IMG/VR virus record: IMGVR_UViG_3300048598_000287
Coordinates: 128,001-192,000 of that record
Direction: 5' to 3' (one strand)
Length of the DNA stretch: 64,000 nt
Origin: a virus
Lineage: Duplodnaviria; Caudoviricetes
Of this stretch, positions 56,734 through 64,000 are shown piece after piece. A program made the translations under genes and the position numbers. The notes under the pieces are model-generated. The model was not told the DNA's origin. It ran no database searches and was given only the letters and a program-made list of their open reading frames with translations. Position 1 is the first letter of the stretch; every line of letters starts with the position of its first letter.

Positions 56734-57408
56734 TTACCCATTATTATATCCGTCATCAGACAATTGCTCTATGATTTTCTTTGATTCTTCATCAGGAGAT
56801 GAACCCGTCTGCCCGGAAGAACCATCAGTAGATATATCACCGGATTCCTTGGCATTCTTTTCGTCTTCATCGATCTGCTTATTTGTATCAACGGCGAATT
56901 CATCTATTGATGAATATGTGCTCATCGTTCCCTCGTTAAGAGGAACGAAATGAATCTTTTTACTTCTCGCAGAAAGTTTATTATGAGCCTGAATGAAAGC
57001 GCAAAATGTGATTTTACCAAGATAATAATATGGATCGGCATTTTTAGCTTTTTCCATCTTTTCAGGGTCAAAATTATGCGAATGCTTTATAAGAAGTTCT
57101 ATTGCGCGGTCACGCATTTCCTGCTTCCAGTCATTAGTATATCCACGCCATTTATGATTGCCAAGATTTTTATCAATTACTACATTAAAAACGTATCCAA
57201 GGGCATTAGATACTGGATAATCATTTCCATATTTCCGTCTCTTATCACGAAGTTCTACAAGAAGGTTAGTAAGGATCTTCTTATCTATTCTTCCGCTTCT
57301 CATCTGAAAATCGAATGCGGCCAGCTGTACAGGAGACCAGTCATATCCGCTATCGGGATATGTTTCTTGCTGATATTCGTGCATGCCTGAATTTGCGTCT
57401 TGTGCCAT
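56734..57408 (-). CDS. gp55: Late-transcription sigma factor (T4 gp55-like)
   Basis: WRGYTNDWKQEM..AIE..NFDPEK..DPYYYLGKITFCAF; start likely MAQD (GAGG SD) rather than 57432. Confidence 0.85.
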   Translation of the reverse strand: MAQDANSGMHEYQQETYPDSGYDWSPVQLAAFDFQMRSGRIDKKILTNLLVELRDKRRKYGNDYPVSNALGYVFNVVIDKNLGNHKWRGYTNDWKQEMRDRAIELLIKHSHNFDPEKMEKAKNADPYYYLGKITFCAFIQAHNKLSARSKKIHFVPLNEGTMSTYSSIDEFAVDTNKQIDEDEKNAKESGDISTDGSSGQTGSSPDEESKKIIEQLSDDGYNNG

Positions 57409-57450
57409 GTATTCCTCAATACTTGTATACATTGATAAAATACATTTTAC

Positions 57451-57478
57451 AAAAAACGCCAGCTTATGCTGGCGTTTT
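57451..57478 (-). terminator. Rho-independent terminator
   Basis: AAAACGCCAGC-ATAA-GCTGGCGTTTTTT on the minus strand after the 57499 stop. Confidence 0.85.
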
Positions 57479-57498
57479 AATCTAATGTAAGATAATGG

Positions 57499-58032
57499 TT
57501 AAGATGCAATTCCGGATTCAGGAGATATGCATTTTTCCTGGTCATCCTTTGAAAGAAGAGAAAGAACGCCACGGCTAGGAAGACTGGCAATAGTGCTCCT
57601 AATCTTTTCGAACTTCCATCGTTCTATGCCAGAATATCTATCATACCATGCCGATTTACCTGACATTTTCTTGCTATAAAACTGATACAATACATTCATA
57701 TAGCAGAACACTGGGAACACTGCCTTAGACGATTCTTTTTCCTGATAAAATGTTACTTGCGGAAATCGTTCACTAAGTTTATCAATTGTTTCATCAGTAG
57801 GAATCAAAAACCGGTATTTCCACGGATAGGTGAATTTTCCATCAGAATCGATGTCAATTCCCCTGATGTTAAATTTACCATCCTTGTTTACCCTAAGCAC
57901 CGCGGTGTTAAACTGTGTGAAATTCATGTAATATCCACCCTGGAATACATGATCGTCAACTACGGTTGTTTCTATTCCTGATTTTTCTTTAAGAATGCCG
58001 GCGAGAGAATCTAGAAATTGTTTTACATTCAT
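57499..58032 (-). CDS. Hypothetical protein
   Basis: GAGG SD and operon packing. Confidence 0.65.
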   Translation of the reverse strand: MNVKQFLDSLAGILKEKSGIETTVVDDHVFQGGYYMNFTQFNTAVLRVNKDGKFNIRGIDIDSDGKFTYPWKYRFLIPTDETIDKLSERFPQVTFYQEKESSKAVFPVFCYMNVLYQFYSKKMSGKSAWYDRYSGIERWKFEKIRSTIASLPSRGVLSLLSKDDQEKCISPESGIAS

Positions 58033-58038
58033 ATGACC

Positions 58039-58581
58039 TCATTTATATTCGTATGATACTATGTCTTTAATGGTTTCGTTTTCTTTTACCGGAATAAACA
58101 TAGGAAACATATGGTCATAAATCAAGGCTCCTTCGTCGCCAGATATTTCCGGGCAGGTGTCAGCAGTAACCATGGAAAGGTCTATCTCGATTTTTTCTTT
58201 AAGAAAGGCATCGAGCTCAGCATCAATGGCACGCTGACGTTCAATTGCGTCTTTATATTTATCCGCCAAATCAGTCTGCTGCTTAGTAAATTCAGCACCC
58301 TGGTCAGGGCTAAGCGCCTTTAATTTAAGATCGAACTCCCTTGGATTGTCTATATGATCAATTCCATATGCTTTTGCAATTTCACGAAGATCCGTACGAT
58401 ATTTACAATATTCCTCATCTGGAGGAAAAGCATCTATCATACTATCGACTTCCTTTTGCGTAGTTTCAATGTTTTTATGCATGGCATATCTGAATAGGCT
58501 GCTAATTTTTCCTGAAAACTTAGCTCTCTTGAAAGCCTGATTCATATCAAATATAGCCTGGTGTGTCATCAATCGTTTCAT
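58039..58581 (-). CDS. Hypothetical helical protein
   Basis: AGGA SD and an upstream TATATT motif. Confidence 0.65.
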   Translation of the reverse strand: MKRLMTHQAIFDMNQAFKRAKFSGKISSLFRYAMHKNIETTQKEVDSMIDAFPPDEEYCKYRTDLREIAKAYGIDHIDNPREFDLKLKALSPDQGAEFTKQQTDLADKYKDAIERQRAIDAELDAFLKEKIEIDLSMVTADTCPEISGDEGALIYDHMFPMFIPVKENETIKDIVSYEYK

Positions 58582-58621
58582 ATGGTTATCCTATGATTAT
58601 ATTTCATAACTAATATATATT

Positions 58622-60853
58622 TTAATTAACGTTTTCAGATATATTTTCCAGTTTTCCCATACTAGAAAATAGTCCGTTATTATCAATATTCTGCTTATAA
58701 TCGAAAAGATCTTGAATTATAGTCGCTCGATGGGTAACGGCAAATATAACCGGGGTTTTCTGAACGCGATTTCGTACTAGAGTAACCATTTCTCTCAAAG
58801 ATTTGTCATCTGTAGAAATATCCAGTATTTCATCAAGGAAAAGGCAGTTAATTTTAAAATCAGCAATATTAAAAACGAAATCGCAGAATGCCATGGCTAT
58901 TGCAAATCCTACTTTACGTTTCTGCCCTTGGGATAGCATCACATATTCAGGGGCAGTACCTAATGAAGAATAGAATGTATATTTCATTGTTTTATCAAAT
59001 ACGAAATCAAACGGAAGATCAAATAACCTAAGGTTTTCTACCACAGCAGCATTGAAATATGGGACAAATAGCTTTATTATATAAGATTTAAGTCCATCAT
59101 CAGAACACATATAATTTATGTATTTGCATAGGCTAATCTTATCAGAAAACGCCTTTACATTTTCAGTAGCCGATTGTAAGTCGTTTGTAAGTTCGTCTAA
59201 GCGCTGTTTAGACGCATTCATAACGGCATCATCTGAATTATTTTCTTCGGACGATATGATGGATTTAAGCTTGTCAATTCCGGCATTATTGGAATTACGC
59301 ACATATACGGCAGTATTATATTCATCAGAAGCCTTCTGATATATATCCGAAGAAGATTGTAACTCGGATATCTTATGTTCGGCAGATTCTTTAATTCCGG
59401 TGACTTCATCTATTTTTTTCTGTATGCTTAATTCATCCGTGCCATATTTTAAAATCGCCGACATATTAATGCGTATCCGTTCAGACACGCTTTGAAGTTT
59501 ACCCTTTATCGGAAGATATGAAGATACGTACTTTGTATATTCGTCTATTTTTTTTGTTGTATCGGAAAGTTTATCCTCGGATTGTTTCTTAGCTAAAGAT
59601 AACTCAGATGCGGAAGTTTCCGCCGTTGAGATATTTAACACCAGCATTTTTTGCTGATCATCAAGATCACGCCATGATTTTCTAAGAGATGCCTTTATTT
59701 TTTCAACATCATCTTCGGTAGATAGTTTTCCACATGTTTTGCATGGAATTCCTGGTTTAGCCATGGCAGCTTCGGATTCAATATCCTTTTTTTGCTTTCC
59801 AATGGAGGATATATTTGCCTTAGTTGATGTTATAGAAAATTCAATCTGGTTTATTTTATAAGTAAGCTTTGTTATTTCCGAGTTCAATTCGGAAGCGGTT
59901 TTATTAAGAATGGCTATTCCAAATTCACCGGCCTTTTCTTCGGCTGAGGAAACGGCGGACGAAAGCTCGGCTTCCACCTTCTTATCAGCTGCTATATCGG
60001 AAAGCTTCTGTATGCATCCAGAAAGGGCATTTAATTCAGAAAGGGAAGATGATAATTCAGATTGAGCTGAAGAATATATGGAAAATGCCTCGTTTGCCAG
60101 TTTTTTAGCTGCTTCGGTTTCCGATACTTTTGTTTCAAGGGCAGATGAATTCTTTTGCAGTTCATAAAGTTCATCTCTAAGTTTTTGAATTTCCGCACGT
60201 TTCTTGCTGTTAAGCGTATTTATTATGCCATTTGTGTATTGCATGTCGCTAGTTATTCTAGAAATCGACTTTTCCGCAACATCAAATTGCAATTCAGAAT
60301 CACCAAGCACCTTATTGTTACATTTTTTCCATTTATCCGTGCTTACTGATATAACGCTTTCAATAAGTTTTCTCTTTTCCTCTGCCTTCATTTCAACGAA
60401 AGGAACGGTCTCCTGTGAATTAAGGGCAACAACATACTTAAAAAACACTATGTTGAACCCTAATATGCGATTTTCAAAATCCTTCTGAGAAAGCGTAGCG
60501 CGGCGATCCTGTTCAACATTGTCTATTATTATAGAGAACGATGACTTCATATTCGGCTTAACACGTCTCTCAATATGATATGAATGATGATCAGCACCAA
60601 AATCAACATCAAAATCAAGGGTAGTTAACATGTCGGAATTCTTATTTTCTGTATTTTTTAGATCTCCTATAGTCCCGCCTCTATAAGAGGTACCGAACAG
60701 CACGAAAGTAAGTGCTTCTATAATAGTAGACTTTCCATATCCATTAGCAGCATTAAGATAGGTAAGCCCGGGCAAAAACTGAACAGTATTAGGAATATCC
60801 CCATATGACATGAAATTTGTAAATACTAGTTTTTTAAAGTTTACATTATGCAT
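58622..60853 (-). CDS. gp46: Recombination nuclease ATPase subunit (Rad50/SbcC-like)
   Basis: NFMSYG, NGYGKST, CKTC hook, LSQGQ, LFLDE and VTH motifs; start at MHNVNF. Confidence 0.9.
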   Translation of the reverse strand: MHNVNFKKLVFTNFMSYGDIPNTVQFLPGLTYLNAANGYGKSTIIEALTFVLFGTSYRGGTIGDLKNTENKNSDMLTTLDFDVDFGADHHSYHIERRVKPNMKSSFSIIIDNVEQDRRATLSQKDFENRILGFNIVFFKYVVALNSQETVPFVEMKAEEKRKLIESVISVSTDKWKKCNNKVLGDSELQFDVAEKSISRITSDMQYTNGIINTLNSKKRAEIQKLRDELYELQKNSSALETKVSETEAAKKLANEAFSIYSSAQSELSSSLSELNALSGCIQKLSDIAADKKVEAELSSAVSSAEEKAGEFGIAILNKTASELNSEITKLTYKINQIEFSITSTKANISSIGKQKKDIESEAAMAKPGIPCKTCGKLSTEDDVEKIKASLRKSWRDLDDQQKMLVLNISTAETSASELSLAKKQSEDKLSDTTKKIDEYTKYVSSYLPIKGKLQSVSERIRINMSAILKYGTDELSIQKKIDEVTGIKESAEHKISELQSSSDIYQKASDEYNTAVYVRNSNNAGIDKLKSIISSEENNSDDAVMNASKQRLDELTNDLQSATENVKAFSDKISLCKYINYMCSDDGLKSYIIKLFVPYFNAAVVENLRLFDLPFDFVFDKTMKYTFYSSLGTAPEYVMLSQGQKRKVGFAIAMAFCDFVFNIADFKINCLFLDEILDISTDDKSLREMVTLVRNRVQKTPVIFAVTHRATIIQDLFDYKQNIDNNGLFSSMGKLENISENVN

Positions 60854-60912
60854 AGTATACCTATTGATAATACGATTATTAAATATACAAAAATATATCC
60901 ATGCCGGCAATG

Positions 60913-61851
60913 TTAATCGTTCAAAAGATTAATGGAATATCTCAATATCTGCAAGGACTTCTCCGGGCATATTATTGGACTCATACATAGAGTGGTGTTT
61001 CCATATTTAACGAACTGCCATGGAAATTTGGTTCCCGCAATATTAAACGGGCGTCGTGAAATTATAACAAAAGGATCATATGTACTCGTCTTATTAAGAT
61101 CTATAGATTTGATATTTTCGGAAAGGGCCAGATTTGTAAACCCGTTAGAGGACGATATTACCTTTACATATCCGGGATTACCATCGCTTTCAAGAAGTAT
61201 GGTCGGCTTTGTTTTTTTCTTTGCCAGAGGGCCAAACACCAGGTTCGCCTTTGATTTAATTATCCGTAGATATTCATGGAAGTTAAAATATCCTATAGGC
61301 ATGATGCGGGTATCACGCATCTGCTCTGTGATTGAAAAATATCGGTTGATCATTGGTTCATAATACTTGCCATTATCATAATTCAGCCGGGCAAGCATCT
61401 CATTTATTGCTTTAACATCCCGTAATCTTTTACATGTTAGCATTATATGTTTTCCTGAAGAATCCATTATTGTATTTTTTGATGATCCATTGGCAAATGA
61501 AAATGGACCTATATAGGTATTTTCCGATATAATTAGCCTTGATTTAGGGAAAAAATTAAGCCCATCAAGAATGGCCCGGAATGTAGAATCATCGGACACA
61601 TCGGACGATTTAATGTCAAGCGTTACGGAATCGTCTATCACATAATATTCAGTATCACCATATCCATGTATAATGACTGCTTTAACGACACTGCCATACG
61701 CATTTTCGAATTCCGTGTGCGATGCTATAACGTAGCTTTTGAGCACAGTACCTTCGCATAGTCCAAGTGCTTTTGCAATGGTCATGTAATCTTTGTTTGC
61801 ATTTTTAGTATATATGTATTGAACTGTATCGGTTATCTGTTGAACGATCAT
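60913..61851 (-). CDS. Hypothetical protein
   Basis: 312-aa ORF coupled to the upstream gene (ATGA overlap). Confidence 0.65.
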   Translation of the reverse strand: MIVQQITDTVQYIYTKNANKDYMTIAKALGLCEGTVLKSYVIASHTEFENAYGSVVKAVIIHGYGDTEYYVIDDSVTLDIKSSDVSDDSTFRAILDGLNFFPKSRLIISENTYIGPFSFANGSSKNTIMDSSGKHIMLTCKRLRDVKAINEMLARLNYDNGKYYEPMINRYFSITEQMRDTRIMPIGYFNFHEYLRIIKSKANLVFGPLAKKKTKPTILLESDGNPGYVKVISSSNGFTNLALSENIKSIDLNKTSTYDPFVIISRRPFNIAGTKFPWQFVKYGNTTLCMSPIICPEKSLQILRYSINLLND

Positions 61852-63998
61852 GTTGACTTCCTGAACGTAAGAGCTATCTTTCTTGCACTTCCCCTAGGCA
61901 GTCTGACATATAAAACGATGTCTATCGCATTTTTATTACTCTGAAGGGAAATGTAACTTTTATCTTGTAAAATTACTACTCTGGGCTCATATTTTTCTAC
62001 TAACGTGATGCACTCGGAAAGTATCTTGGCTTCTCCGTTTATATCAGTTATTATTTCGAATACCCGCTTTTCCAACGTAGATCCGAATTCGTCATCATAC
62101 AGTCTCTCTCCGGCATTGGTAAGAAGGATAGTATATACATTCTGCATCAGATTATTTTCATCTGCCGTTATAGAAAATGAAGAATATGCAAGATCCTTGG
62201 TATATACTGGTTCAAGATTAACCTGTGAAAATTTCGATATTGAATTCGTGCCTATTATGCTTGATGATATATCCTTACTGGCTTCTCCTGGAGAAACTAT
62301 TGCTATGTATGTAACATTAGTCCATTCGCATTTAGGATATCCGTCGTTATCAAATCCGACAAATGCCTGCACTGCTATTTTACTGCCTATTATTCCAGGA
62401 TTTTCGACCGTTATACTCTTTCTATCAGAGGTAGCGGAAATTATTGAAGATATCACATCCTTTCCTTCGATCTTAAAGTGAACTATGTTATTAAGATAAT
62501 TCTGATTAAATAGGCCTCCCTTTATTTCATCAATGAGCAGAACGATATTTTCCGAAGAAGAATAAGACGGCTTAGAAGACGTTATATATACCGGACATCC
62601 GGTAGATACAAATATTTCGCGGATTTCCACATTAGATTTCCTTCCGCATGAATCTATCACATAATATTGCCTATATTGAGAACCTAGAACATTGGTATCT
62701 ATAACTCCGCTCATGACGATTTTTGATGAGAGATCATTTCCGTAGTAATCAGTCGCAGTTATATCATTCGGTTCCACCCATTCGGAATATTGTTTAACTT
62801 CCATGTATTTATCATCAGACGATATAGATATTGTAGGCGCTTGTGCAACTCTCTCGGATAGATAATAGCCAATGTCTACCTGTGGAGATATAACTTCTCC
62901 GGAAGTAGGACCGCTCCATAAAACCGCAAATGAATGCGTCCCTATAAATGCATCTGCTAACTTTATTTTCATGGTGCTTGCATCATCTTGAATGATATCA
63001 GAAATGGCGAAATTTGTAGTATCACTTACGGCAAGCGTATATGAAGTGGTTTCTGTTGTAGTATTCTGCGTTATGCTATTTCTTTCCTCTACTGTTATAG
63101 ATCCACTGGGGTTTTCCGGAGTAGATGGATTTATATAGAATACGAACATCATGTCATCATACGATGTATCCCCATGGGAAACCGATAATGCATCATTCAT
63201 CTGTAATTCATACGTTATGGAGTTATTATCGCCATCAAGATCAATATTTTTAAATGCTGCCGTATTTGTTGAATAGGCATATCCATATTGTTCTAATTTA
63301 TCCGGATGGCATGTCCTGAAAATAGGAAGTCCATTGACATAGGCCACATTATCTATGTATTTATCATAGACGGAATCGTCTTCTGACGGCGAAAGAAGTG
63401 ATCCTGACGTTTCTGCAGCAGAGGTAATGGCATATGCCTCTTCGCCTGTATATTTAGTAGTATGTGTAGAATCTGTATAGATATTACTATAATTAATGAC
63501 GTCCGTTTCATTAATCTTAGTATTGAATACTTCCACCCAGGACTGCTCGTTGGTATTAGGATCTACTACAAGAACTTCAGTGACAGTTGTCCATCCAAGC
63601 CATATCCACCTTAAATGAAACAAGGCAGATTTAAGTGTAACCGTGGCCGTATCAGTTGCGTTTACAACAATGTCATCCACGGTTGAAAATGATCCGTTCT
63701 GCGTAGATCTAGTGATGTCCATATTTTGAAGATTAACTCCACGGAAACTTAATATATCACCTGAAGAAACACATGCTTTCGTTGAAGGAAACGACACTGG
63801 GCCATACCACTCAGCATATTTATGCAGAAGAGTATCCGTATATCTATTGCCGACACATATCTTAAGTATTCCTGTACTAAGCTCAGAATCATACATTCTA
63901 ATATTGAATGTAAATGATGATTGTGCAGAATTTCCGGATACAGATCCGATAGTCCCGATATTGCTAATTCTTCCTATAGATGAATATATTCCAGGATT
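61848..63998 (-). CDS. Baseplate wedge gp25-like domain at the C-terminus of a large Ig-like protein; probably 5'-truncated by the window
   Basis: ILLTNAGERLYDDEFGS..YEPRV gp25 motif; ATDYYGNDLS..IDTN Ig-like repeat; the frame stays open upstream of 63896 to the window end. Confidence 0.75.
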   Translation of the reverse strand, partial: NPGIYSSIGRISNIGTIGSVSGNSAQSSFTFNIRMYDSELSTGILKICVGNRYTDTLLHKYAEWYGPVSFPSTKACVSSGDILSFRGVNLQNMDITRSTQNGSFSTVDDIVVNATDTATVTLKSALFHLRWIWLGWTTVTEVLVVDPNTNEQSWVEVFNTKINETDVINYSNIYTDSTHTTKYTGEEAYAITSAAETSGSLLSPSEDDSVYDKYIDNVAYVNGLPIFRTCHPDKLEQYGYAYSTNTAAFKNIDLDGDNNSITYELQMNDALSVSHGDTSYDDMMFVFYINPSTPENPSGSITVEERNSITQNTTTETTSYTLAVSDTTNFAISDIIQDDASTMKIKLADAFIGTHSFAVLWSGPTSGEVISPQVDIGYYLSERVAQAPTISISSDDKYMEVKQYSEWVEPNDITATDYYGNDLSSKIVMSGVIDTNVLGSQYRQYYVIDSCGRKSNVEIREIFVSTGCPVYITSSKPSYSSSENIVLLIDEIKGGLFNQNYLNNIVHFKIEGKDVISSIISATSDRKSITVENPGIIGSKIAVQAFVGFDNDGYPKCEWTNVTYIAIVSPGEASKDISSSIIGTNSISKFSQVNLEPVYTKDLAYSSFSITADENNLMQNVYTILLTNAGERLYDDEFGSTLEKRVFEIITDINGEAKILSECITLVEKYEPRVVILQDKSYISLQSNKNAIDIVLYVRLPRGSARKIALTFRKST

Positions 63999-64000
63999 AC

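Noticed and set aside
60854-60910. N-terminal 19 aa of the gp46 ORF
   Set aside because: It covers the promoter-like motif; the Rad50-like sequence begins at MHNVNF.
1-64000. CRISPR array, tRNA/rRNA genes, stop-codon reassignment, intron or intein in terL
   Set aside because: No regularly spaced repeats or cloverleafs noticed by eye; conserved genes are full-length in the standard code with TAA, TAG and TGA all used as stops; terL is continuous and of normal size.

Overview
A 64-kb segment of a large, AT-rich T4-related (jumbo-type) myophage genome, read in the standard genetic code. Recognisable genes: terminase large subunit, neck gp13, head-completion gp4, tail/baseplate homologues (gp15, gp3, gp25, gp26, gp48, gp53, gp54-like), tail fibres, gp46/gp47 recombination nuclease, UvsY, Dda, late sigma factor gp55, a MoxR AAA/vWA pair, glycosyltransferases and several apparently degenerate enzymes. 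No rRNA, tRNA, CRISPR array or reverse transcriptase was seen. Four structures stand out beyond routine annotation. (1) At least 11 otherwise unrelated late-transcribed genes (Dps-like, amidase, lytic transglycosylase, peptidoglycan-binding, membrane and acidic proteins) share a 30-45 aa N-terminal leader ending in an E-A/S/N site. This is a candidate modular capsid-targeting and cleavage tag, and an apparently inactive prohead-protease paralogue lies next to the main cluster. (2) A late-promoter motif TATAAACTA occurs at 13 sites, and a second motif class, TATATTTT, precedes non-structural genes. (3) Non-autonomous IS200/IS605-like remnants sit exactly at the TTTAT inside these late promoters, including a 253-bp tnpB-less element that may retain an omegaRNA scaffold. 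(4) A probable +1 frameshift (CCC_TTT_CGG) extends the gp26-like chaperone. A FISUMP-like domain in the tail protein, the promoter style and Shine-Dalgarno use suggest a Fibrobacterota-like host (inference). All family assignments come from motif recognition by eye, not database searches.
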